A stretch of DNA of 62,634 nucleotides, counting the filler, from Nemertoderma westbladi (Eukaryota > Animalia > Xenacoelomorpha): NCBI GenBank assembly GCA_032718475.1. It is 4 parts of 4 records of this genome, joined end to end, with 100 filler letters (N's around TTAATTAATTAA, not from the genome) between each part and the next. Parts side by side here need not be neighbours in the genome. Positions count along the whole stretch, not along the records: positions 1 to 20,918 come from JAUCBJ010005979.1; positions 21,019 to 51,403 come from JAUCBJ010001107.1; 2 more parts are not named here. One strand, given 5' to 3'. This document shows positions 13,479 to 26,800 of the stretch, one piece after another. The notes under the pieces were generated by a model. That model did not search any database. It was not told the origin of the DNA and saw only the letters and a list, made by a program, of their open reading frames with translations. The position numbers and the translations under genes are program-made. Each line of letters begins with the position of its first letter. Position 1 is the first letter of the stretch.

Positions 13479-14087
13479 AACAGAGTTAGTGAAACAGAAT
13501 TTGCAAGAGGATACAGAGAGAGAGAGAAGGGGAAAGCGTGTGCGGGATGGTATACAGGCCCACATAAGCGAACTTATCAAACCAGAAAGAAGCGCATAAT
13601 GGAACTGGCGCAGATGGGGTTGTCAGAGAGTGACGCTGGCTCGAGTGCTTTCGAGGAGCCAAGGGTCGTGGAAACATTTATTAATACCCCACTTACAGGG
13701 ACCGCACGACAGACCCGAGACTGGTGTGACCGTACGGGCGGGGGGGGGGGGGGGGGGGGGTAATAATAATAATACAACAGACGACGTTAATATTAATAGT
13801 ACCGTATTGGGTAATTCTAACCAAACCTTTATTGCAGGAAATACTTTACCTAGTAGTAGTAATTTAAATTTAAGTACAAATAATCCAAATAATTTAAATA
13901 ATAATCCGAATTCGAATTTACAAAATAATTCAAATAACGTAATTACGCAAAATAATTCAAATAATGTGGTCACGCAAAATAATTCAAATAATCTTACTTC
14001 GAACGGACAAAATAATTCCGTCTCTAGTAATCTAGCCAATGGCAATACCAGTGGTGCTATTAATGTGAACGCGTCGGACGTGTATGG

Positions 14088-14360
14088 CCCGACAGATGAG
14101 GGCCTGGTAGGCCACGTAGTTAGTAGGCAGGAGGTGGCGGGGTTGAGTCAACCCGACGACGGCCTGGTAGGCCACGTAGTTAGTAGGCAGGAGGTGGCGG
14201 GGTTGAGTCAACCCGACGACAGCCTGGTAGGCCACGTAGTTAGTAGGCAGGAGGTGGCAGGGTTGAGTCAACCCGACGACGGCCTGGTAGGCCACGTAGT
14301 TAGTAGGCAGGTGGTGACGGGGTTGGGTCAACCCGAAAGGGGCCTGGTAGGCCAGGTGGT
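14088..14360 (+). repeat. 60-bp coding tandem repeat (GLVGHVVSRQEVAGLSQPDD) x~4.5
   Basis: Consecutive 60-nt lines starting 14101, 14161, 14221 and 14281 are nearly identical. Confidence 0.95.
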
Positions 14361-17300
14361 AGTAGAGATAGAGGCGGGGGTGAATAGACCCAGCCGCAGT
14401 AGAAACATTGTGTCGACTGGAGAGGGGTGTAGAAGTGAAGTAAGATGTAGCGGCGTGATATGTGGCGAGTGGGGGGGGGGGGGGGGGGGAGAGTGCCCCA
14501 CAAGCGTCGACGGATAATGCGCGGGCCGAGCTAGGTAAACCGCAACACCCGGCGACGGAGGGTAATAGGGGGATTGCGAGTATCCCCAGCGGCATGCGAT
14601 CGAGCAGAGAGAGACAGGTTGACGTCGCGAGAGGGCGAACGAAGTGCCGAGCCCGATCAGAAGAGGGAAGAAGAACAGTGGAGTTTAACCCGGGGGTCGA
14701 CGAGAGATCTCACAAGCGGAAATACTGCACTGTAGAGAGAAGAAGAGAAGAAAGTAGAAGAAGTGTCGTCGCGAACGACAGGAGAGCGAGGACGGATAGC
14801 GAGCCGTCGGTAGTCGAGATGGAAACACAGAGTCAGTGTGGTCGAATTTCGGGAGATTGCCGTCGTCCCGGAGAAACGCAACCTGGCGAGGCGCACTACG
14901 CGCCGATAGAGGGGTACGCGATGTACCGGCACGAGGACGAGAGCAGTAGAGGGGGTCGAAGAGAAACTTCCCGGCGGGATCTAGCTACCGATCAAGAACG
15001 CGGTAGCTGCGGGGAGGATTATTCGAGAAGATTAAACTTCGATCCCGAGCGACACGTACAGACTGTAGGACATACTGTAGGCCTTACTGCACATACCATA
15101 GGCCATGCTGGCAGGAATAATGTAGGCGATAGGATAGCGTGGACGACGGGATTAAACCCGGAAGTTGCGGAGTACATACCGGCAGGTAGGCCTGAAGCTG
15201 ATAGGCCTATACCGGTACCAGTACAGCAGTATGACTACAGCATGCAAGGACATAACATATACCCAGGGGAGGGAGGAATTATTGCGGATAGGTGCATGGG
15301 CCCCAATATATTAACATCAACCCCAGTACCAAACATACCGGTGGGGGGGGGGGGGGGGCAGGGTGACATTCCCCCATCACAATATCAACAATATACCCCG
15401 ATAGGAGCAAGAACAACGAGACCCTTGGTTGAAAATAGATCATGCGACACAGAAATATGGAGGGGGCCGCTACCCCCAATGATATACCCAAGCAAGAGGA
15501 AGGCAGAAAATAGGATGGACGGACCGCACCAAACAGGAGAAACTATACAACATCCATCGAACCCATTGGAAGCGCAGGCGATGGGGATGGCCACGTTAAT
15601 CGATGCGTTAAAATCTAGGATCGAGTTACCACCCGTGGAACCGTTTAAATTCGATGGGAGTAGGCCGGAAGAATATCTACAGTTTCGGCGCATGTATAGT
15701 AACGAAATACTAACAAAGAACTTGACGCAGGCGGAGTGCCTAAAATATCTGCAAGTATATACAGGAGGCCCAGCATACGACATCGTGAGGCAATACCAGG
15801 GCATCGAGGGCGGCTTCACGATGGCATGGCGGGCACTGGACAGGGAATACGGGCACCCGGCCAAGATCATCCGGCAAACCCTGAGAGGCATAACATCGGG
15901 TGGCCTACAGGATAATCCCGTTAGCATTAAGACATTCGCGAACAAGGTCGAGAAGGCGCTAATCGTGCTAAAGACGCTAGACGCCCATTCGAACTCAACG
16001 CGTCCAACAACATCACTACGATAGCCCAGGCACTACCGATGTGGCTGCGCAATAAGTGGAGGAAAATCGCTTTCTCCACTCGAGAAAGGAAGGGTGCGGA
16101 ACCGGGTTTAGAAGAGATGTCAAGCTTCTTAAATTACGAAGCCGAATTAATAACAGACCCAGTCTATAGCGAGGATAGCCTGGGAAAGGGACCAAAGACC
16201 GAGTACAGTAGACCGAAACCAGAACACAACGCATCGAACGCATTGCCGAAGCTCAGACAATCACTGCCATACGCAGCGACGCAGGGGACTGCTAGTCCAC
16301 AGGTAGCCGTGGGTAAGACCACATCATGGAGCGGACAGGGGAAAAATAACAACACAAATAAACATAATCCCAGTACGCCCAGTAGGCCGAACCCAAACAA
16401 TAAGAATAGTAGGGACTTTGGTACGAACGCAAGTGCGATACGTAGCGCACTGTATAAGGACGGCTACAACCCAGAGAGCAAATGCCAATTGCACACAAAT
16501 GCACTACATCAGACCATGAACTGCAGGTACTGGCAAGCGCTACCCAGGGAAGATCAGGTAGAATACGCGAGAAGAAATGTAATCTGTTCTCAGTGTGTCA
16601 TGGGTGGACATAGGGCCGTTCAATGCGAGGAGACGCCGATTAAGTTCGGTCAAAGCAAAGGCCAAATGATGGCAACGAGCACCGTAGGGGCGAAGAAGGG
16701 AGGAACGGTACTACTTGGGGTAGTACCAGTGCGAGTGATCGGGGAAGGCAACCGATCAGTGACCACACTTATGCTGGTCGACAGTGGAGCTGCCTTCACA
16801 TTAGTCGAGAATTGGGTGGCCGAGGAGATAGGATTGAGAACGAGGCCAAGTAGAATGGCGGTAACAACAATCTCCAGCAAAGATGAGATACTCGAGATGA
16901 GAACCGGACGGTGCGCGATAGCAGCAATAGCGCCGGGATGCGACTACGGGGCGAGCATCGACCCCATCCAAGTGATAGAGTCAATAAATATCAATGCCAG
17001 GCAGCCAACCAACATCGAGGTCGAATAATATAAATTCCTGGATGATATCGACTTCTCAATCCCAGAGGTGGACGTCAGGAAGGTATCCATCATAGTAGGA
17101 ATGGACTGTCCGACGGCCCACGAAAGAATGCAAACGGTCTTCGGCGAAGACAGGCAGTGTGACCCGGTGGCGATATTGACACCATTCGGGTGGACGTTGA
17201 GTGGCCCAATTAAGAGTAAGATACCATTTAGGATGTCGGAGACATCAGGATGCATGTTCGCGGGAACTATGCAAGAAATTGGTGATGAAAGAGCGGAGGA

Positions 17301-20300
17301 ACAGCTCAAGAGACTGCTCAGGCAGGATTTTGAGGGACTGAAGGAAACCGGGGTCGGGACCTCGGTAGAAGACAAGCAGGCTCAGCAGAGCGTAAAGGAA
17401 TCTATGAGATGCGACGAGGGGCGGTATACTATAGGAATGGTATGGAAGCTACCGAAGCTACCTCTGCCCGATAATAAAGGAATGGTACTCACGAGGCTTC
17501 GTAAGTTGAAACAGACGTTAAAACGGAGCCCCGAAAAGAATGAGTACATTCATAAGACAATCAGAAAGTACGTCGAGAAGGGATGGGCCGTGGAGTTACC
17601 GGTCGACGAACCAAACACGGACAGGACATATTACCTGCCACTCCACGTGGCTTTAGATCTGAAGAAAGGTAAACTGCGGATGGTAGTGGACGCATCGGTA
17701 AAGACCAACGGGAAATGCCTAAACGACTATCTGCTAGAGGGTCCCAACATATACAACTCAAGGATAGAGGTCCTACTCAGATTCAGGAATGGGAAACACG
17801 CCTTCACCTGTGACATAGAAGGCATGTTCAACCAAGTCCGTATGACGGAATAGGATAGCGACAGTCAACGCTTCTTATGGTACAACGGCGACGTGGAACC
17901 GTCGACAATACCGATGTACAAGATGATAGTACAGAATATGGGAGCCAAGTCGTCTTCATTCACGACGACAATGGCCGTAAGAGACACAGTAAAGGGAAAG
18001 GAAGATAAATATAGTACTAGGGCCATCGATATGATTCGACGCGGCTTCTACGTAGACGACGGGATGGACTCTGGAAATACGGTTAAGGAGCTACTGGACA
18101 CAGGGCGCGAGGTTCGCGACATCCTTAAAGGATCCGGCTTTAACCTAACCAAATTCCAATCCAGTTCGAAGGAATTTATTGAGGCGATAAAAGATGAGAG
18201 ACCAGGATCGACCATGGATAATCCCACAACAGCCAAGGGGCAGGACATGGTGAACAAGAGGATAGAGTCTCAACAGAAGGCACTGGGAATCGTGTGGAAC
18301 AGAGAGACAGATGAACTGAAGTACCAGTTGAGTCAGGAGGGCGCAGACATCCACACAAAGAGGGGCTATATGTCATACATAGCAAGGATATACGATCCCC
18401 TAGGCCTAGCATCCCCACTACTAGTCACGGGGAAACAGATACTCAAGAGAGTATACAAGCTAAAGGACGAGTGGGACGCAGAGGTCCCGGAAGAGATTAG
18501 AAAGCAGTGGTATAAGTGGACAGAGAGTCTGGAGCAGATGGGAACATACAGCATGCCACGAGTGTATTTCCCGGATGGGGACATGACGAGTCTGGACCTA
18601 CACATGTTCTCCGATGCGTCGTTAGAGGCATACAGAGCAGCACTCTATTTAGTACAACGAGAGGGGGCTCACAAGCCCAGACTCGCCTTCAGCAAGGCGA
18701 AGTCAACACCACCAGATTCAGCATCGGCTCCTAAGCTAGAATTGACAGCTGCGAGACTAGGAGTTAGGGCCATGGCTTACATAATGGATGCTATTCCCAA
18801 CATAGTGGAGACCCACTACTGGACGGATTCCATGGTAGTACTTGGTTGGCTACATAACGAAAGGACGAGATACCCTATATTCGTCGCAAATAGAGTGGAC
18901 GAAATAAGGGCGACCACAGAACTGGAAAGGTGGCACTACTGCCCAACGGACGAGAACCCTGCGGACTTGTTATCGAGGGGCGTGGTACGCCACACTTTCT
19001 TGAAGAAGGAAGTATTGTGGCAACACGGGCCACAGTTTCTGAGCGATAAGGAGGCCTGGCCGCCGATGAGAAAGGTGGACCCGGGCTCAGGAGAAGTAGT
19101 GTCAGAAGGAGAAGAGGGAGATTCAGAGGGAGAAGAGATATACTCCCAGATGGTGAGGGAGATTAGGGACGTGCAACCAAAACCAGGAGAACTGTGCGAT
19201 AACCCGACGGATAAACTCCTTAGCTACAGTTCTAGTTGGTACAAGACCAAGAAATTGGTGGCGTACTGGAGAGCCTTCGGGAATTTCCTCAGGGGAGTTG
19301 GCAAAGACGTGAAGATCAGAACGACAATAGATCTGGAAGGAGCAGCCAAAGCAGTCATCCGCTATGAGCAGAGGAAGAACTACGGCGACGAGGTGGAACG
19401 CGTCGGCAAACAACAGCATCTCCGACGGGACAGCGAGCTGATCACGCTGTCACCACAACTTAATGACGACGGGATTCTAGTAATGAACTCTAGGGTGGGA
19501 TACAACAACAGTATCGTCGTACCACCGAAGCCCATCATCATCCCCACAGGATCGCCGATAGTCCACCAGATTATCTGGGACTCCCATAAGTCGATATTGC
19601 ACGGGGGCACCAACCGAACCCTCACGGAGATAAGGAGGTCCTTTTGGGTCAAACAGTTGAGGAAGAAGGTAAAGGCGGTAGTGTGGCAGTGCCAAACCTG
19701 CCGACGAGCAAAGAAGGAGCGAGCCATACAGGAGATGGCACCACTACCGGCGAGTAGGGTAAGATAGCACGACCCGCCATTTACGTATTGCGGTGTGGAC
19801 ATGTTCGGGCCGATAAAGATCAAGGTGATGCGGCACACAGAGAAACGCTACGGTATTATCTTCGTATGTAATAACACGCAGGCGGTAGGGATAGAACTCG
19901 CCCAAGATGCAACTGCATCGGCATTCATTAATGCCTTAGAAAGGTTTAGAGACCGCAAAGGTGGGACGATCGCAGTGATATACTCCGACAACGGGACCAA
20001 CTTTGTGGGGGCGGAGAACGAGATGGCAGAGGCCTTGGATATCCTGGAAGGAGAGGAAGTCAGGGCAGCCATGAGGCGACAACAAGTAAAGTGGGAGAGG
20101 AGGACGCCGTATGCACCGCATACCCTAGGATGCGTCGAGAGACTCGTGGGTAGTTCGAAGCGTCTGATGACGAAGTTGATGAACACCCACATGGTTACGG
20201 AGGACGTGCTAAGAACAGTACTTGCGAAGTGTGAGGGTATCATTAATAGCAGACCACTATATCCAGAGAATGATGACCCTGAGTCACTAGACGTGCTGAC

Positions 20301-20918
20301 ACCCAGCCATTTTCTAATGGAGAGGCCAGCGACCATCGATATGCGGGGTGTAGACCCAGATGACATACACTCCCGCCAGAGTTGGAAAGTCGCTAAGGCG
20401 ATAAGCGCAGAGTATTGGAGGAGGTGGGTTGAGGAATATCTACCCACGCTTCACAGAAGAAGCAAGTGGAGGAACACCAACAAAGAGTTAAAGGAGGGTG
20501 ATCTGGTGATCGTCACCGATGATACCATCATCAACAACCAGTGGCGGTTGGCGAGAGTTGTGGGCACTTACTCCGATGAGGACGGAAGAGTCCGATTGGT
20601 AGAAGTGCGGATAGGTGGCAAGATAAGTGCGAAAGACAGGAAGACCTACAGAAGGGCTGTAGGGAAGTGCTGTCTACTAGAAGGAGCACCATAGAGTGGA
20701 GTAAGAGTGGTGTTTAGTCGTCCAAAGTTTTGGACTGAGGGGGGTGGGATTGAGGGCTAGACGCCCTTCCCACACATAAAATAAAAAAATAAAAAATAAA
20801 GAGAAAGTGATTATAGTACATAATAGGTACGCAGTAAGCAGATAGAAGTTAGATAGTAGGAAATTAGTAGTAAGAGGGTACGTAGTACCACTAGTTAGAT
20901 AGTTAAGTCAGAAGTCAG

Positions 20919-21018
20919 NNNNNNNNNNNNNNNNNNNNNNNNNNNNNNNNNNNNNNNNNNNNTTAATTAATTAANNNNNNNNNNNNNNNNNNNNNNNNNN
21001 NNNNNNNNNNNNNNNNNN
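20919..21018. other. Artificial contig linker (N-run with six-frame stop TTAATTAATTAA)
   Basis: The same 100-bp N/TTAATTAATTAA/N block occurs three times. Confidence 0.97.
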
Positions 21019-23862
21019 AAGCTCTCTTCAGTTAAAACCGAACCTACCGACCAATATAGGACACACCGGATGTACGCTTGTCGCTGTAGACGTCATCGAC
21101 ATGTTTACGGCTATCCCCCACGAAATTGGGATACAAGCAACTATGGAGGCACTCACAGAGGATCCATCACTACCTTACCGATCCATATACACACCCCATC
21201 AACTATGCCTCATACTCCGCTTTTTACTGTATCATAACTACTTCCAATTTGACCAAAAATTCTATTTACAGATTGCCGGGGCACCCATGGGCGGCTCCCA
21301 CAGTGGAGACTATGCCGTATTAACCACATCCAAAATCATCCATAGGGCTCTGAACGTTACACTATTCTCACACACATTCTTCCGTACTCTAGTCGACGAC
21401 AGTTTACTCATTTACGACCAACACCTTACCCCCCAGCAGATCGACACCCTCACTCACAACCTTAACACAGCATGCGAACAATTATACCACACCAACGATG
21501 TACAATTTACGACTGAATTCTCCTACACCCAAATGAACTACCTAGACGTCACAATATACCGCCACCACAACTCTCTCCTAACTAAACTTTATAAAAAACC
21601 GACATCCAATAAACTCCCAATCCTGTACTCTAGTTACCACCATAAACCATCACTCTTAGCTGTTGTTAAATCCGAAATACTTAGATACCGACGCCTCACT
21701 GATAATGACCACCAGTTCAATCTAGCCCGACACTCCTATCTGGAACTATGCAAACTCAGAGGTTATCCACTCAACTTCCTCCTGCAACTCTACGCCTGGA
21801 ATCCTGAACCCCGGCTACCATGCAACCCCCCCACCGTCATCCCCCAAACACTCCCCCCAATCTACCTTGCGACCACGCCCCATTTCTTGAACATCCTTAC
21901 TAATACCATTAAGCGACACAAAAAATTTCTAAACGACAACCAGATTTGCATTATACCAGTTCCCCGCAATCTGCCCAACCTTGGTCAGATGCTCATCCGC
22001 AAAACAGTACCCCACCGCACCACCGGCAATGAACCCTGCCGCAAACCCCGATGCCTTTGCTGCAAAGCAATTGCCAACCCCTCCACCACCCCATGGGGCC
22101 AACGGATCACAGGCCCTTTCGACTGTAAAACACACAACGTACTTTACATGATCACATGTAAATCCCACCCCAAACAATGGTACCTGGGACAGACTGAACA
22201 ATACATACACAAACGGCTGAACACGCACCGATCCGCCATAAGAGACGCACGAAAAGGGCTCGACACCTCTGACCCAGAAGTTCTCCTACTGCAACACTTC
22301 GTAGACTGCCCCCTCGATGACCTTAACATCACCTGCATTAAACAGTTCCGCAACCATTACCGACGTATCAACACCGAGTCCGTCCTCATCAATCTCCACC
22401 ACCCTCCCCTCAACAAAATCACACCGGCCATGTGACTCGATCCTAGTTTGAACATTTGTTTTTACGGTGTTATGTTTTATAATTAATTAAATTTTGCTGC
22501 AATATTAAGGAACCCCTGAAATTCCTACCAGAGACCCTCAACCATTTTGGTGCATCAACCATTTGGTGTATTTGGTATATACAGTACATAGTTTAATTAT
22601 CTCACAAAATCATTTACAGTTTTACGGTGCTATTTTTAATATTTAATGAAATTTTGCTGCAATAATTAATTCATATCCCCGCAAGAACCCCTGAAATTCC
22701 TACCAGTGACCCTAAACCATTTTGGTGCATCTGCCGTATATACAGTACATAGTTTAATTATCCCACAAAATCATTTACAGTTTTACGGTGCTATTTTTAA
22801 TATTTTATGAAATTTTGCTGCAATAATTAATTCATATCCCCGCAAGTTCCTACCAGAGACCCCTAACCACTTTGGTGCATCTGCCGTATACATGGTACAT
22901 AGTTTAATTATCTCTCAAAATCATTTACAATTTCACGAGACCCTAAACCATTTTGGCGCATCTTTCATACAGTACATAGGCCTACTTTAATTATCTCACA
23001 AAATCATTTACAGTTTTATTGTACTTTTTAATACTTTTACCACAGACCCCAAACCACTTTGGTCCATATGACGTATATGCGGTACACAGTTTTATTACCT
23101 CACAGTTTTATGGTGCTATTTTATTTTAATTTTTGCTGCAATAATTATTTATACCTACCATTCTAAAAACATCTAACAAAGAAACCCACCACCCCCCCCC
23201 CCCCCCCCCAAACCCCCCTCTCAAACCTGCTGAAATATTCCTCCTTATTTTCTCGAGACTCAAACCTTGTCCTAAAAATACTTTCCGCCAACTACGCCCA
23301 TTCTCGGACTGCCCACAACAAAGCCCAACGTAGCCATTTTTATTCATACTGTATCTACGTGCCCCTTGATACTAAATTATACAGTAACACAGCCCTAAGT
23401 AACCCCTAGCCTGAAACCGGTAGCTCCCCACAACCAGTTAACAGCCTGCCTGCCGCAGACTCATACCCCCTACAACCCTAGGTAGTTACCGTCAGCTACA
23501 GTACTTGCATACTTTGGCAACCTACCTACCTAACATACCTAAACGACACATGTCCCCCCTCCCCGCCAGACCCACTTTAATTTTAATTGTACCACCCTTA
23601 CTTAATTAAATAGACATACAGTAGGACCGCATGTCACTGTGTTTCCTTATAGTTATTATGATAATGTACGCGTTCTACCTAGCCAGTCATTCTGTTTTTA
23701 TATAAATTGTTTTTAATGTTCATTTTATCATAAATAAATACCGCTGAGGACACCCGCAACGGGCGAAATGCGCATACGGTAAATTAACTTTTTTATTATT
23801 TATAACCGTGGTTAGACCCTCAACAACCCTACTATCTCTCCGCCTGGAGACATTTTCGATTA
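21019..23862 (+). mobile_element. Penelope-like element copy 1 (5' part lost in gap): RT C-half, GIY-YIG, 3' pseudo-LTR
   Basis: Apparently identical to 25662-28508 except poly-C length. The ORF ends at 22435, 4643 bp before copy 2's stop. Confidence 0.95.
23739..23781 (+). ncRNA. Minimal type I hammerhead ribozyme of the PLE pseudo-LTR
   Basis: TACCG CTGAGGA C ACCCGCAACGGGC GAAA TGCGCA TA CGGTA: stem I TACCG/CGGTA, core CUGANGA..GAAA, palindromic stem III ATGCGCAT. Predicted cut after 23776. Confidence 0.85.
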
Positions 23863-23865
23863 ATT

Positions 23866-26800
23866 ATGCTCACGCCACGCTCGACGTCGGTTAGAAACAT
23901 TAAATATATGGATTTAACACCGAGGGCCTCCTACGACGTCAACAAATGCTTAAAATTAAACCTCTTAAGAACGCGCACACTATACCAAATCGAATACTAC
24001 AAGTCTATTAAAGAATCCAACTTTCCTCCACAACATATCGTCCCCCGAGTTAGCCAAATTCTAAAATTTTACCCTAAACTATATAACGGACTTTTAAAGC
24101 GTATATTTACCACTGAAATCCAGAATAGATACACCAGACTACGTAATCTCCAACGCTTCTACAACGAGTCTTACGCTAGACTTCTAAATTACGCAAACAC
24201 CCGATCCGACACTCGGCCCCTTGATTACTTGGATTTTTGGATCCCAGTCAACATGGACAGAGAACGAACTGTTACACGCGCCCGGCTCGAATACAGGCAT
24301 AGTTTCGATTCCGGTTTCGAGACTATGAATGATTATCTCGACGGTCAACAACCTAACAGGGAACCCGCCAAATTCCGCACCAAACATCTCGACCCATCCC
24401 ACACCCAATCCACGAACCCTTTCCCGCAGGCTCAAGCTCCCGTTACCAATCTATCTAACGTTACCCTCAACCAAGAACAACTGGACCTTCTAGGCTTGGG
24501 ATTCAATTTCATACCATACCGAGGCTTAACCGACTCAGACTGTTTCGAAGCCAGTGTCGACATTTCCATGGCGGCCTCCAAACTCCGCTACAGGAATCGC
24601 CATATTAACCATATCGAACAGAACCGCACCCACAATCCCAGCACCCCACAGAACCCACGCTGCCCGCCTCCCCCCCCTCCCCAGCCGCCAACGAAACCCA
24701 AACCTTCCAGACCAGACCGGCCACCCAGGCGAGTACTTTTCATAGATCCACCAGACCCCCATAACCAACCTGTCCCTATACCAGACTCCCCACATACACC
24801 ACCTCTACATCCCTTACCCCCTCGTAGCAAGCGATGCGACCCATGCTTTCCTCACCCACCCACCCATCAACACGCAACCCCTATCACTGGTACCCCCTCT
24901 ACCCGCACCCGCTCCAAGACCAAAGCTATCGCATCCATTCACCCCCCGAACCTAGCCAGCGAATGGGCACCTGATTCTACCCCCGATACCCACAACCCAC
25001 ACCCGCCCACTCCCGCCACCCCGAATGACCCCACAGCCCAAACACTCCCCCCACCCCACCCACCAGACCCCCCCTTCCAACGCCGCGCAAGATACATCGC
25101 TGCCCGAACTGACAACCCTTCCATCGAAGTAATAATCCACGAGATGCACCGCAACATCAATACTACTAACCTCAAACGATTCAACCAACTAAACCCACCC
25201 AACCTCGACCGGCTACAACTACAAGCCTTGGATACATTGCGCAAACTCAAAGGTGTCACCTACGTAAAAGGTGATAAAACGGCTAACATCATTGTGTTAG
25301 ATTCTCCGGACAGGGACTATGAAATACGGCGCCTCATCAACGATCCCACCACGTACGAATGCTTAAACAAGGACCCCACTGCCCGATTCAGGGTCAAATG
25401 CCGCGCGCTTCTCGACAAACTTGCTCTCACTAACTCAGACCTCAGAACGCACCTATTCCCCAACACGTTTACTGTCGGACATATCTTTATTACATTAAAA
25501 GACCACAAACCGAAAGAAAACTGGGTCACCCATCCGAACGGAAAACTAATCCCCAAAGGCCGCCCTATTATCGCCAACACAGATGCTTTCTTCACCCCAC
25601 TCTCTAAACTCATGCACCACTACCTCAGCCCACTCGTTACTAACGCCGCCAACCACCTACAAAGCTCTCTTCAGTTAAAACCGAACCTACCGACCAATAT
25701 AGGACACACCGGATGTACGCTTGTCGCTGTAGACGTCATCGACATGTTTACGGCTATCCCCCACGAAATTGGGATACAAGCAACTATGGAGGCACTCACA
25801 GAGGATCCATCACTACCTTACCGATCCATATACACACCCCATCAACTATGCCTCATACTCCGCTTTTTACTGTATCATAACTACTTCCAATTTGACCAAA
25901 AATTCTATTTACAGATTGCCGGGGCACCCATGGGCGGCTCCCACAGTGGAGACTATGCCGTATTAACCACATCCAAAATCATCCATAGGGCTCTGAACGT
26001 TACACTATTCTCACACACATTCTTCCGTACTCTAGTCGACGACAGTTTACTCATTTACGACCAACACCTTACCCCCCAGCAGATCGACACCCTCACTCAC
26101 AACCTTAACACAGCATGCGAACAATTATACCACACCAACGATGTACAATTTACGACTGAATTCTCCTACACCCAAATGAACTACCTAGACGTCACAATAT
26201 ACCGCCACCACAACTCTCTCCTAACTAAACTTTATAAAAAACCGACATCCAATAAACTCCCAATCCTGTACTCTAGTTACCACCATAAACCATCACTCTT
26301 AGCTGTTGTTAAATCCGAAATACTTAGATACCGACGCCTCACTGATAATGACCACCAGTTCAATCTAGCCCGACACTCCTATCTGGAACTATGCAAACTC
26401 AGAGGTTATCCACTCAACTTCCTCCTGCAACTCTACGCCTGGAATCCTGAACCCCGGCTACCATGCAACCCCCCCACCGTCATCCCCCAAACACTCCCCC
26501 CAATCTACCTTGCGACCACGCCCCATTTCTTGAACATCCTTACTAATACCATTAAGCGACACAAAAAATTTCTAAACGACAACCAGATTTGCATTATACC
26601 AGTTCCCCGCAATCTGCCCAACCTTGGTCAGATGCTCATCCGCAAAACAGTACCCCACCGCACCACCGGCAATGAACCCTGCCGCAAACCCCGATGCCTT
26701 TGCTGCAAAGCAATTGCCAACCCCTCCACCACCCCATGGGGCCAACGGATCACAGGCCCTTTCGACTGTAAAACACACAACGTACTTTACATGATCACAT

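Larger units (their letters stand above)
12406..20694 (+). mobile_element. Near-intact Bel/Pao LTR retrotransposon gag-pol (3 in-frame stops, a few frameshifts)
   Basis: Gag PFKFDGS..EYLQFR..LDREYG, knuckles CQLH..H..C and CSQC..GH..C, protease LVDSGA, RT CDIEGMFNQV..QRFLW..FYVDD, RNase H FSDAS..PKLEL..YWTDS..NPADLLSRG, integrase GVDMFGP..YSDNGTNFVGA..ERLVG, EYLPTLHRRSKW. Confidence 0.96.

Noticed and set aside
17026-19767. Ciliate-type genetic code (TAA/TAG = Gln)
   Set aside because: NACA ends at TAA at its conserved C-terminus, and the 1070-aa PLE ORF has no in-frame TAR.
20919-21018. TTAATTAATTAA inside N-runs as a biological motif
   Set aside because: It is a synthetic six-frame-stop scaffold linker, identical in all three gaps.
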